A stretch of DNA of 64,000 bases from Macrostomum lignano. Taxonomy: Eukaryota. Below, piece by piece: positions 1 through 11,620 of this stretch (within the stretch, counting starts at the first letter, position 1; each line of letters starts with the position of its first letter). The notes under the pieces were generated by a model. The model had not been told where the DNA came from and searched no databases. It saw nothing but the letters and a program-made list of their open reading frames with translations. The stretch spans positions 248,001 through 312,000 of the forward strand of contig NIVC01000337.1 in assembly GCA_002269645.1 (NCBI GenBank). Reading direction: 5' to 3'. A program made the position numbers and the translations under genes.

Positions 1-58
<58 letters not shown>

Positions 59-110
59 GGAGAGTTAGAGAGAGAAAGAGAGACAGAGAGATGGAGAGAG
101 AAAGAGAGAC
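1..110. repeat. (AG)n microsatellite
   Basis: Direct inspection. Confidence 0.95.
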
Positions 111-204
111 ATTTGTGAGTCACGATTGGATTGCATACTGGTAGTAATTAAAGGACACTCAGAGCACTCAGAGATATAGAGAATCAGATGTGAACACAGC
201 TCTC

Positions 205-790
205 TGAGGCCTCACCTGTACCACGACATTCTCCCTGAGGTCAACCTGTACCAGCGCCATTCCCCCTGAAGCCTCACCTATACCAGCGCCATTCCCCTGA
301 AGCCTCACCTATACCAGCGCCATTCCCCTGAAGCCTCACCTATACCAGCGCCATTCCCCTGAAGCCTCACCTATACCAGCGCCATTCCCCTGAAGCCTCA
401 CCTATACCAGCGCCATTCCCCTGAAGCCTCACCTATACCAGCGCCATTCCCCCTGAAGCCTCACCTATACCAGCGCCATTCCCCCTGAAGCCTCACCTAT
501 ACCAGCGCCATTCCCCCTGAAGCCTCACCTATACCAGCGCCATTCCCCTGAAGCCTCACCTATACCAGCGCCATTCCCCCTGAAGCCTCACCTATACCAG
601 CGCCATTCCCCTGAAGCCTCACCTATACCAGCGCCATTCCCCTGAAGCCTCACCTATACCAGCGCCATTCCCCCTGAAGCCTCACCTATACCAGCGCCAT
701 TCCCCTGAAGCCTCACCTATACCAGCGCCATTCCCCTGAAGCCTCACCTATACCAGCGCCATTCCCCTGAAGCCTCACCTATACCAGCGC
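205..790 (-). repeat. 31-bp minisatellite (about 18-19 units) whose unit is the HS3ST exon-1/intron junction
   Basis: Minus-strand unit GCGCTGGTATAG|GTGAGGCTTCAGGGGAATG. The first 12 nt equal the exon end at 779-790. Unit length varies by 1 nt in a C run. Distal units (205-260) are degenerate. Confidence 0.95.
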
Positions 791-1002
791 AGCCCGCGGC
801 GGAAGTGCCTATCAAAGAAGTGCGCCTCGGGCCCGGCAGCTCTCACTGCCGGATGCAGGGCGCTGAAGGCCAGCAGGGCTCTTGTGCCCGACTTCTTGGC
901 GCCGATGATCAGAGCCTGCGGAAGTCGTCGCCTCAAGCCGCCGGAAGCAGCAATTCCGGTAGCGGAAGTGAAGATTAGTAGGATAGTTAATAAGTGCTTC
1001 AT
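779..1002 (-). CDS. HS3ST: Heparan sulfate glucosamine 3-O-sulfotransferase, first coding exon (gene continues off the window start)
   Basis: Hydrophobic N-terminus, then [19 protein letters not shown] (5'-PSB/PAPS-binding motif) and EAHFFDR...GLRWYR. Donor AG|GTGAG at 779/778 falls in the WYR codon, an intron position I recall from vertebrate HS3ST genes. Confidence 0.9.
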
Positions 1003-1459
1003 ATTAAAATGAATTCGATTCTTGGCCCATCTGCAGTCCCTTCGCGTGTCTATAAAATATGATCCCCCGAAACTGGAATGGACAGCGACGCTCTCTCATT
1101 GGCTGCAAGTTGATTTGCTTGAGGACCAATCAGATTCAATGAAATTCGATAAAAATTTATCTATAGGAATAACAGGCCTTTTGTTGCGCGCGCGCAAGCA
1201 AATTGGGAAGAATGGCTGATAGACAAAATTGGCTGTCTTTATCCAATGTTTTCATCTCTAACAGTGGGGGCTCGGGCTGTGCGGGCTGACAGGCAGTTCA
1301 AGATTTTGCCTTTGGGTGGTCTTTGTTTCTATGCGTGCCCAGCGCGGCTGAGAGATCCTTATCGAGTATGCAGAGCCGCTGAATTCATCCAGTAATCTGG
1401 GATGATGAAGCGCTGGTCCAGTAAGCTCGATGTCAATAGTGGATGAGAGAGCAGAAATC

Positions 1460-1493
1460 GGAGAGAGCGGAGATCAGAGCGAGAGAGGGAGAG

Positions 1494-1540
<47 letters not shown>

Positions 1541-2760
1541 AGGTAGAGAGCGGAGATCAGGGAGAGAGCGGAGATCGGGGAGAGAGCGGAGATCGGGGAG
1601 AGAGTGGAGATCAGGTAGAGAGTGGAGATCAGGGAGAGAGCGGAGATCAGGGAGAGAGCGGAGATCAGGGAGAGAGCGGAGATCGGGGAGAGAGCGGAGA
1701 TCGGGGAGAGAGTGGAGATCAGGTAGAGAGTGGAGATCAGGGAGAGAGCGGAGATCAGGGAGAGAGTGGAGATCGGGGAGAGAGTGGAGATCGGGTAGAG
1801 AGCGGAGATCGGGGAGAGAGCGGAGATCAGGGAGAGAGTGGAGATCGGGGAGAGAGCGGAGATCAGGGAGAGAGTGGAGATCAGGGAGAGAGAGTGGAGA
1901 TCAGGGGAGAGAGCGGAGATCAGGGAGAGAGTGGAGATCGGGGAGAGAGCGGAGATCAGGGGAGAGAGCGGAGATCAGGGGAGAGAGTGGAGATCAGGGG
2001 AGAGAGCGGAGATCAGGGAGAGAGTGGAGATCGGGGAGTGAGTGGAGATCAGGGAGAGAGTGGAGATCAGGTAGAGAGTGGAGATCAGGGGAGAGAGCGG
2101 AGATCAGGGAGAGAGCGGAGATCAGGGAGAGAGTGGAGATCGGGGAGAGAGTGGAGATCAGGGAGAGAGAGCGGAGATCAGGGGGAGAGAGCAGAAATCA
2201 GGGAGAGAGTGGAGATCGGGGAGAGAGTGGAGATCAGGGGAGAGAGTGGAGATCAGGGGAGAGAGTGGAGATCGGGGAGAGAGCGGAGATCGGGGAGAGA
2301 GTGGAGATCAGGGGAGAGAGTGGAGATCAGGGGAGAGAGCGGAGATCAGGGGAGAGTGGAGATCAGGGGAGAGAGTGGAGATCAGGGAGAGAGAGCGGAG
2401 ATCAGGGGAGAGAGCGGAGATCAGGGGAGAGAGTGGAGATCAGGGGAGAGAGCGGAGATCAGGGGGAGAGCGGAGATCAGGGGGAGAGCGGAGATCAGGG
2501 GGAGAGCGGAGATCAGGGGAGAGAGTGGAGATCAGGGGAGAGAGCGGAGATCAGGGGAGAGAGCGGAGATCAGGGAGAGAGTGGAGATCAGGGGAGAGAG
2601 CGGAGATCAGGGGGAGAGAGTGGAGATCAGGGGAGAGAGCGGAGATCGGGGAGAGAGCGGAGATCAGGGAGAGAGCAGAGATCAGGGAGAGAGTGGAGAT
2701 GAGGGGAGAGAGCGGAGATCGGGGAGAGAGCGGAGATCGGGGGGAGAGCGGAGATCGGGG
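1460..2760. repeat. 19-20 bp purine-rich minisatellite (GAGAGAGYGGAGATCRGGG)n with a (GA)n tract near 1500
   Basis: Direct inspection. It explains ORFs 1443-2702, 1894-2889 and 2078-2800. Confidence 0.95.
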
Positions 2761-3499
2761 GGAGGGGGCATTTCAATCAGAAGCAGATTTATCAGCTTAA
2801 AAAAAGAGAAAATATTTGAAGCCGGTTGCAAACAGCTGACTCTGCAGCAGTCACCGCAGCCAGTAGCAAAGTTCCCCCAGATTTATTAATAAACCCCCCC
2901 CCCTAGCAACAGCTGTTGCCGGTCTTGAAGTTGGCGATAATTTCGGTTTGTAAATTTGCCCAGTGATTCACCACGGCGCACAATTCCCCAGCTACAAAAA
3001 ATTTCCGCAATCCTGCTTGGATTTCTTCTTTAACAACGCCGCTCTGAACTTTTGAAATTTGGCGTGTCTTTATGCTTTATATTTGGGTATTATTGCCCCA
3101 GCCCCCCAGCTAAGCCTGTCAACACTGTCACCAGTTTTGTAATCTACATTTACAAGCGTGATCCTTCAGCTCTCCTAGCAGAGGCTCGAATTTCCTTTTA
3201 AAGAAGCGTCAAAGCCGAGCGGGTTGGAGTTGACAAGCAACTGCAAATTTGCATTGCAAATTTGGTGTTGAAGTCGGCCACCGGACTGCTTTAGACAGGT
3301 GCCAGTGGGGCCTGAGCTCAGTTTGAAGTGTGATTCGATTCGCAAAAACAGCCTGTGTGTGACAGTCTTCAGACTTTATTGGAAAACTTCCTTTCAGACT
3401 ATCCCAATCCTTCACTACTTAGCGTTCTCAAAACCTCTCAAACTTCAGTTCACACCCTGGAAACACATTAAAGTTCCGTTCAAATCCTCCCAATATCCA

Positions 3500-3960
3500 C
3501 CAAACCTCCGTTCACATCCGCACGACCACCAAACCTCCATTCACAAAAAACCCCTGCCGTTCACATCCGAACCTGACGTTCACATCCTCACACAAACCTA
3601 AAAAAAACCTACGTGCGTTCACATCCTCACGACCCATTAAACCTCCCGTTCACATCCTCACGACCCATTAAACCTGCCGTTCACACCCTTAAAACCCATT
3701 AAACCCCCGTTCACATCCTCACGACCCATCAAACCCCCCGTTCACACCCTCACGACCCATTAAACCTCCCGTTCACATCCTCACAACCCATCAAACCCCC
3801 GTTCACACCCTCACGACCCATTAAACCTGCCGTTCACACCCTCACGACCCTTCAAACCCCCCGTTCACATCCTCACGACCCATTAAACCTCCCGTTCACA
3901 CCCTCGAAACCCATCAAACCTGTGACACCCTCAAAACCCACCAAACCTCCGTTCACACTC
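3500..3960. repeat. About 31-bp minisatellite (CCGTTCACAYCCTCACGACCCATTAAACCT)
   Basis: Direct inspection; degenerate at the left end. Confidence 0.85.
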
Positions 3961-4597
3961 CCAACTGACTCTCAGAAATCCGGACTGCCAAGAGGATGCA
4001 GTTCGTCCCACCGCACCGAGCAGTATGCTGATATTGAATTCCCTTTGAAACTCTCGATCCGGAAGCAGACCTCGTCTCCATAGCAACTACTAGAAGAATT
4101 CTGTTCTGTTTTACACCACAGCAGCGGCTCCATGTTGGGATAAAAGTTGCCAACCCCCCACCCTCCCCCCTCGCGCAGACCAACCGGACACAGAGACTGC
4201 TTTGGGAAACATTTCCCGCCGTTTTTGTCGCCGGAACCGCAAGGGGGTATCCGCCATGCAGATAAGGGAAGAGGGGGATGTTGCAAGACAAATTCGGCTG
4301 TCTAAGAGAGGCCGACAGGGAAGGGGCCGCCATTGCGTAACAGGCAGGTATCGAACTTGGCTGAAACAACAGCGCTATCGGCTTTCAGCAAACAGAGTCC
4401 GACAGTTCTGGTAGGGGGGGGGGGGCTTCCCGGGCGCACTCGCTTCTCTTGGCACGCGAGCATGGACTGCCGACTGAGAATGTAAACACCAGGTGTCGAT
4501 GGTTTTCGTGCAAAGAAGAAATTGTAAAATTCTCGACGGAAAAATTAAAGTAAAAGTGGGAATGGAAGGAGACGGGCATGCTAAGAAGAGGTTCAGG

Positions 4598-5055
4598 ATG
4601 AGAGTGACACAATGAGAGTGACCAAAAAGAGTGACAATGAGAGTGACACAATGAGAGTGACACAATGAGAGTGACACAATGAGAGTGACACAATGAGAGT
4701 GACACAATGAGAGTGACACAATGAGAGTGACACAATGAGAGTGACACAATGAGAGTGACACAATGAGAGTGACACAATGAGAGTGACACAATGAGAGTGA
4801 CACAATAAGAGTGACACAATGAGAGTGACACAATAAGAGTGAAACAATGAGAGTGACACAATGAGAGTGACACAATGAGAGTGACACAATAAGAGTGACA
4901 CAATGAGAGGGACACAATGAGAGTGACACAATGAGAGTGACACAATGAGAGTGACACAATGAGAGTGACACAATGAGAGTGACACAATGAGTGACACAAT
5001 GAGAGCGACACAATGAGAGTGACACAATGAGAGTGATACAATGAGAGTGACACAA
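4598..5055. repeat. 14-bp minisatellite (GAGTGACACAATGA)n
   Basis: Direct inspection. Confidence 0.95.
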
Positions 5056-5694
5056 CTAAAGTGTCCGAAAGATGGTAGAAGAATATTATAACTTTATAAC
5101 TTTATGGGAACTTTATTTCTAGAGCATGTTCAATTCTATATTCGAACTTCTAAATGAGTCTTAAAACAATTCCTGCAAAATAGCATACTTTATCGATTTA
5201 GCCGAGTTGCGCCAAAAAATCGATACTGACACTGCTAGTGTGGAATTTAGTGCATGCCACCCTGCACAGCGAAGTTCGAGTCTGCGCTGGGCTCAGATAA
5301 GGACAGCCTCGAGCGCTATTTAGGCCCGAGTTTGGCGCTCGGCAACCGCCCACGCACAGTGGGAAACAAAGTGTAGCGAGTTAGTAAAATAATATTCTGC
5401 TCTGCAGCGGTGGTCGGGTGCGGCAACTGAAAGCTACGAAACGATGGATTTTTGGACCATAGACTATGGGCCCAGCGCCTCCGCAACTGCGGCATACGAG
5501 GGACTCCGTAACAACACTGGTGAGTGCGGGGCAGCACTTCAATGCGGCGATGTTGATAGTCAAATAATCCTAAATAGTAATGAAATGTGGGACTGTTTAT
5601 CCTACTTATAGTATAGCCGGGCGGTGTTAGAGTGACATTCTAGCACGATTAAAAAAACTAATATAAAAAGACTGACTGTGTTTACCTTTAACAT

Positions 5695-5991
5695 ACAGTT
5701 CACAACCGTTCACACATTACTGTTCACACATTACCGTTCACACATTACTGTTCACACATTACCGTTCACACATTACTGTTCACACATTACCGTTCACACA
5801 CTACCGTTCACACACTATCGTTCACACACAATCTTTCACACACTATCGTTTACACACTACCGTTCACACACTACTGTTCATACACTACCGTTCACACACT
5901 ATCGTTCACACACTATCGTTTACACTCAACCATTCACACTACCATTCACGCTCTACCGTTCACGCTCTACCGGTCACACTACCGTTCACAC
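5695..5991. repeat. 14-bp minisatellite (CCGTTCACACACTA)n ending at the putative ATG 5992
   Basis: Direct inspection. Confidence 0.9.
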
Positions 5992-6472
5992 ATGGCAGCC
6001 GAGGCCGCTCTAATGTCAGCAGCAGCAGACTCCGCCTCATCACCAGGAGCCCATGGCAACAGCGCCCAGCTGCTGGTGCTCACTGGCCTCCTCTGCGTCG
6101 CAGTCCTCATCGCAGTCATCACTGCGGTGGCCGTCACCTCGTCGGCTTGGGTGAAGAAGGACCATCAGCACATCGGTCAGCCAATCAGCGACGAGCTGGC
6201 GCCGGCATCCGCGCCTGCCACCCGGCGCTGCAGCCTCGACAGAAGCGGCGCCAGGAAGAGCGCCAGCTCGGACCGGCTGGACCGGGTGGATCTCGTCAGC
6301 GACTGCGTCGACGATGTCCGTCGAGATCAGGTCAAAGGTCAAGGCGAAGACGCGGTCGAGAAGGTTTCGGTTGAAGGTCCGGTGGACCTGCGGTTTTGTA
6401 CGAAACTCGACCTGGCGGAGGGCATCGTGTACTTGCGCGGCTTCCGGCTGGGGTTCGCCACCCTGCCCGGCT
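5992..6472 (+). CDS. Divergent synaptotagmin-like protein, exon 1 (short N-terminus, transmembrane helix, linker)
   Basis: TM segment LLVLTGLLCVAVLIAVITAVAV; GC3-rich codons; donor T|GTGAGT at 6472/6473 (phase 1). The start codon is uncertain. Confidence 0.6.
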
Positions 6473-6479
6473 GTGAGTG

Positions 6480-6665
6480 CGGACTGAGGATTGTGATGGC
6501 GTGAATGTAGGATTGGGAGGGTGTGAACTGAGTATTGGGAGGGTGTGAATGGAGGATTGGGAGGGTGTGAACTGAGAATTGGGATGGTGTGAACAGAGGA
6601 TTGGGATGGTGTGAACTGATCTTTGGAAAAGTGTGAACTGAAAGACTTGAGGGTGTGAACTGAGG
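6480..6665. repeat. 21-bp minisatellite (GGTGTGAACTGAGGATTGGGA)n starting just after the donor at 6473
   Basis: Direct inspection. Confidence 0.85.
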
Positions 6666-6761
6666 AGATGGTGCAAGGGGGGTCTAATGGTGTCTGCAGC
6701 ATGCTTTTATACTGTTCTATTAGTATTGCAGAGGAATTTTATTACTCTCTACTGCAAGTAG

Positions 6762-7171
6762 TCTATAAAATGCGCATCACTCTCAATATCATTGCAGCAA
6801 GCCGTTTGGACTCCGGCCGCTGGCGGGCGAACATCGACATTGACGACAGCTGCTCCGGCGGCTGCCACCGATGGAGCATAGAGGCTGGCCTGAGGAGTCG
6901 GCGGCGCGGCCGCAGGGAGGCAGCGGCGGTGGCGGGGGCGGCCTGGCAGACGGAGGCCATCGACTACGTGGTCAGCCTGCGGCTGGGTGGCGGCCGCCTC
7001 TCGGCTGAGCTGCCGCACAAGCGGCGCCTGCGGCTGTCGGCCTGGGCCGCCGAGCTCAGCGGGGGAAGTCGCCTGCGGCTGGGGGAGTTCCAGCTGCCGC
7101 TGCATCTGGTCAACGAGCCGGGGATGGAGTTCGGCGCCGAGTTCACGCCGACGACGGGCGATGTGAGACAG
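6762..7171 (+). CDS. Synaptotagmin-like protein, exon 2 (C2A-like)
   Basis: KMRITLNIIAASRL...LSAWAAELSGGSRLRLGEFQLPL resembles C2 strands. Acceptor TAG at 6760-61 (6759 start also possible); donor CAG|GTGAG at 7171/7172 (phase 0). Confidence 0.6.
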
Positions 7172-7710
7172 GTGAGATGAATGGAGATTCAGGTGAGATA
7201 AATGAGGATTCAGGTGAGATGAATGAGGATTCAGGTGAGATGAATGAGGATTCAGGTGAGATAAATGAGGATTCAGGTGAGATGAATGGAGATTCAGGTG
7301 AGATGAATGAGGATTCAGGTGAGATGAATGAGGATTCAGGTGAGATGAATGAGGATTCAGGTGAGATGAATGAGGATTCAGGTGAGATGAATGGAGATTC
7401 AGGTGAGATGAATGAGGATTCAAGTGAGATGAATGAGGATTCAGGTGAGATGAATGAGGATTCAAATGAGATGAATGAGGATTCAGGTGAGATAAATGAG
7501 GATTCAGGTGAGATAAATGAGGATTCAGGTGAGATAAATGAGGATTCAGGTGAGATGAATGGGGATTCAGGTGAGATGAATGAGGATTCAGGTGAGATGA
7601 ATGGGGATTCAGGTGAGATGAATGGGGATTCAGGTGAGATGAGTGGGGATTCAGGTGAGATGAATGGGGATTCAGGTGAGATGAATGGGGATTCAGGTGA
7701 GCTGAATGGG
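7172..7710 (+). repeat. 21-bp minisatellite (GTGAGATGAATGAGGATTCAG)n, about 25 units, starting at the intron GT
   Basis: Each unit junction recreates CAG|GTGAG. Confidence 0.95.
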
Positions 7711-7778
7711 GAATGAGGATCGAAGGCAGCTGAGGCAAGCCCTTTCCATATCTTTACTTTTCCAACCGCCCTCCCCAG

Positions 7779-8282
7779 TGCCAGCAGCTCCGCCCGCCGC
7801 AGTTCCCGTCACCCCAGTCGACTTCCCTCCCGTCGCGGACTCCCCGGCTGCACCTGGGCCTGCTGTACAGCCCCGGCGCCCACATGTCCAGCATCAGCGT
7901 CCGCCTGGTTGAGGTATTCGACCTGGACCACTCCGGCCCATTGCCTGGTCACGTGACCGCATTGGTGGCCCTCAGTCCGGGCGACCAATCGCAATCGCCC
8001 GGCGCCTGTCTGACCGCCTGCCCGACTGGCAGCCAATCAGCTTTCATCTTCGACTGGTCGCAGCCGGCCACGGTTCTGGCCATAGACAATGTCCGAATGC
8101 AGGCCGCGTCGGTTGGTGTAGCTATTTGTGTTGCCATTGGCAACGGGGATTGCCTGCGGCCGGCCGGCCGGATTCTGCTCAGTGACTTTGCCTTGGCCAG
8201 CAGCAGCTCCGCGATGCGCCATTGGACAGCGGCGGTGGCGCGGCCGAACTCCTGGGTCTGGCTCGCCCACGCCTGCCGATGA
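7779..8282 (+). CDS. Synaptotagmin-like protein, exon 3 (C2B-like, stop codon)
   Basis: Pyrimidine tract plus CAG at 7776-78, phase 0. RLHLGLLYSPGAHMSSISVRLVEVFDL and GRILL...AMRHWTAAVARPNSWVWLAH match the C2B start and the synaptotagmin H-W...P...W-H C-terminal pattern. Joined CDS is 1395 nt (464 aa). Confidence 0.65.
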   Translation, partial: CQQLRPPQFPSPQSTSLPSRTPRLHLGLLYSPGAHMSSISVRLVEVFDLDHSGPLPGHVTALVALSPGDQSQSPGACLTACPTGSQSAFIFDWSQPATVLAIDNVRMQAASVGVAICVAIGNGDCLRPAGRILLSDFALASSSSAMRHWTAAVARPNSWVWLAHACR

Positions 8283-8399
8283 GACCTGGGCTGGGGTTGA
8301 GTTTGTTGGAGTACGCGCCGATTCAGACTTAGCTGCAGCTTCTCTGTCCCTTTCTTAGCCAATCAGAGGCAAGCTTTGCCTGCCTGTCCATCCTGCGCC

Positions 8400-8715
8400 C
8401 CCTCACTCCTGCGCCCACCTCACTCCCTCATCCACCTCACTTCCTCACCCACCTCACTTCCTCACCCACCTCACTTCCTCACCCCCTCACTCCCGCACCC
8501 ACCTCACTCTCCTACCCACCTCACTTCCTCACCCACCTCACTCTCCCACCCACCTCACTTCCTACCCACCTCACTCTCCCACTCACCTCACTTCCTACCC
8601 ACCTCACTCTCCCACCCACCTCACTTCCTCACCCACCTCACTTCCTCACCCACCTCACTCCCGCACCCACCTCACTCTCCCACCCACCTCACTTCCTCAC
8701 CCACCTCACTCCCTC
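8400..8715. repeat. C-rich minisatellite (CCCACCCACCTCACTTCCTCA-like)
   Basis: Direct inspection. Confidence 0.85.
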
Positions 8716-9764
8716 CTCCCTATTCAGCTTCAGCTGCTGAAGTACTAAGCGAGTTGCCCGCGTCAGGTTCTGAGTTCAACCGAGCGATCTTCTGACCGTA
8801 ATAATAAATATACTTCGAACTTTCGGATGCAGTCATTCTACTAATAAGTAGCATCGATAGTTATTTTAGTAGTTTAGTTTTCTCATGTTGGCCTCTATAT
8901 CAATGCATTCTGCAGAGCAAGTCTGTAGAGCAAGTTTATCCGAATGTCGAATCCAGCCCGTGACAGCTGAGCACGGTTTGAGCATTCCAGGCCTGAGCAA
9001 TACTAGAAAGCAAGGTAATCATTTTCCAATTTGCAGCCGGGGGCAAAAGCAGTCAGTCACAGGTGGCCCAGGTCGGATGTCACGGCTCGGGCCCCGCCTA
9101 TAGTTGGCCCCAGCCGCCCCCCGCCATTTCAAATGGCAACACAAAATAATTGCTGCTTTCGCCAGCCCTCCGTTGCTGGCCAAAGCAAAAGAAAAAAGCA
9201 CAGAGCACAGGGGGTCCCCGTCGATCTCAGCGACACCCAGAGCCCCCTCGATTCCTCTGTCATCTCCGCGGCCTGCCAGCCCCCGTGTCCTCAAAAAGCA
9301 CTTTGCTTTCAGTGAAGGATTTTCCCCGCTTTTCCTTCTGTTTTTGCTTTTTGCCGCGATTTCCGCTATTTGCTTCTCTGTCTTCTTTATTTGAGTGAAA
9401 ACGAATTATTTCCTTACTTTAATCATCTTGCTGGGGATTGGGGCGGCCTTGAACACCTGTTGTCGATTTGCTGTAAATATTCGCTTTGAACCGGGTGGGC
9501 TTGGGAAACGAATAGGAAGGAAGGAGCCGCAGCTGGGGATTTAACTTCAAAGACTTTTGGGACAGGATGGAGAATTGCAGGTTGCAGCTTGGCAATGGTT
9601 TGAAATTTGAAAATTAATTGGAGACTCAGTGGAGGGCTGATCTGCTGTTCTGCTGAGATGCAAGGAAGTCAGTTGATTTTGAAGGGAAGAGGCAGGGGCG
9701 TGCAGATGAGGCGGCTAAGAGATTCAACAAGGCATTAGAGATTGCAGGTGGAGATTAAAAATCG

Positions 9765-10166
9765 CAAGTGAGATTTGTGACTTTAGATAGAGATTAGAGA
9801 TTTTAGGTAGAGATTAGAGATCACAAGTAGAAATTAGAGATCAAAAGTAGAGATTAGAGATCACAAATCGAGATTAGAGACTACAAGTAGAGATTAAAGG
9901 TTACAAGTGCAGATTAGAGATCGCAAGTAGAGATTAGAGATCGCAAGTAGAGATTAGAGATCCCAAGTTGAGATTAGGGACTACAGGTAGAGATTAGATA
10001 TTACAAGTAGGGATTAGAGATAAAAAATCGAGAGATCTGAGATCACAAGTAGAGATTAGAGATCACAAGTAGAGATTAGAGATCACAAGTAGAGATTAAA
10101 GATTACAAGTAGAGATTAGAGATTACAATTAGAGATTAGAGATCACAAGTAGAGCTTAGAGACTAC
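9765..10166. repeat. 20-bp minisatellite (AGAGATTAGAGATCACAAGT)n, left part; continues at 13583-13720
   Basis: The same unit lies on both sides of the LINE. Confidence 0.9.
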
Positions 10167-10270
10167 TTTTGACTTAGCTGCAGGGTGGTCCGTAGACACA
10201 GCGGGGAGGCGAGGGTCGCCCATTCCGCTAGCCCCTGAAGGCCCGCAGACAGGCAGAGGCGTGGGGCCGG

Positions 10271-10751
10271 TCAGGGTGGTCCGCCGGTCCGTCCTGCAGC
10301 GTGATCTTCCGTTGGGAAGAAACTGGCTCGTCTAGTCGCCCGAAGGAACTGGATGAGCCGTGGGATGCTGTCGGGCTGGCAAACCTCGTCAATGGACGGG
10401 TTCGGCCCGAGGTAGCGTAGCCGGTCTCTGTTAAAGAAAGGGCAGTGACAGACAAAGTGCTGAGCATCTTCATTGTCGCACTCGCAAAAGGGGCAAATTT
10501 CGCTCTCGAGGTCGCCTCGGAGGAAGCAGTGCCTGGCGAGGTAGCCATGGCCGGTAAGGGTCATGACAAGGGCTCGAATATCCTTCCGATTCTGGTTCAG
10601 AAGGATGTTTCTGAGCCTGTGAGACGGGCAAGGAACCGCGGCACGAGAATGCCGGCAGTTTTGGGTGCCCGCCCATCTGTCCCTGTGGAGGGAGTCAGCC
10701 CAGTCGTCGATCTGACGATTGATGACTGTCAAGGGCATAGGGACCAGGGGG
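10271..10751 (-). pseudogene. LINE ORF2, part 3: C-terminal zinc knuckle (after a 1-nt frameshift near 10747-10751)
   Basis: LTGHGYLARH...CPFCECDNEDAQHFVCHCP. Confidence 0.85.
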
Positions 10752-11620
10752 CAGGGCCGAAAAAAGAGCCAGAGCCGCCCCTCTTGGCGAGGGTGTCTGC
10801 CAGCTCGTTCCCCGGAAACCCTGCGTGCCCTGGGATCCACTTCAGCCTGACAGTATTGCTTCTGGCCAGGAGGTTGAGCTGCCGGGCGCAGTCGGCGACT
10901 GTCCGGGAGTTCGTTGTGGTGTGGCAAAGGGCCTGTAAGGCCGCTTGGCTGTCGGAGTGGATGACAATAGTCTTTCCTCTCGTAACCTTGGCGTTTAGCT
11001 CTGCAGCGCAAGAGCTGATGGCAAGGACTTCGTTCTGGAAGACTGTGGAGAGTCTACCAGTGTGCTGGGCATGCGTGGCAATTACGCGGCCGTTGATGAT
11101 GATGCAGACCCCAAAGCCGGCGCGACCGTCTTTGATGGATCCGTCCGTGTAGCAGTGGACCTCCTGGAAATTCCAGTGGTCATTGGCAGCATCCCTAGAG
11201 GGGATGGTGACCTTGTAGCGCTGAAAGAGGTTGAGAGTGCGGGGTTCGCCGTCAGATAGGACGTGGAGCCCGCCGCTGTCTCTCAAGTCCTTGAGGCAGA
11301 GGTCAGCGTGGGGCAGAAGCTTGCGCTTAGCCATGGCCCTATGGGGCTGGATTCGAATGCCAGCGTCAGCTAGACGGCGGGCAGTCTTAGCCGCTTCCCT
11401 GCGGACAAAGATGTCCAGCGGAGGAATGTTGAGGAAGGCGTTGAGGCCATCGTAAGGAGCAGACGGAGGGGCGCTCATGATCGTGCGACAAGCGCGCCCT
11501 TGCGCTCTCCTGAGAGCCTCTAGACAGGTCTTTATCTGCAGGGCGCTAGCCCAGATCAGGCCGCCATACGAGATAGCGGGCCTAACCATTGCAGTGTAGA
11601 TCCACCAGAGGCGCTTGGGG
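10729..11620 (-). pseudogene. LINE ORF2, part 2: RNase H (after a 1-nt frameshift near 11617-11620)
   Basis: CYTDGS, VFQNEVLAI, IHSDSQAALQAL, WIPGHAGFPGNELADTLAK. Confidence 0.9.

Noticed and set aside
205-790. CRISPR array
   Set aside because: Units are head-to-tail with no unique spacers, there are no cas genes, and the context is eukaryotic. The same applies to all other arrays.
1045-1250. Promoter (TATAAAA and several CCAAT/ATTGG motifs) upstream of HS3ST
   Set aside because: The motifs are short, the TATA is on the opposite strand to the gene, and the transcription start is unknown.
10445-11152. Antisense ORF inside the LINE
   Set aside because: Shadow ORF of GC-rich coding sequence with no recognisable domain.
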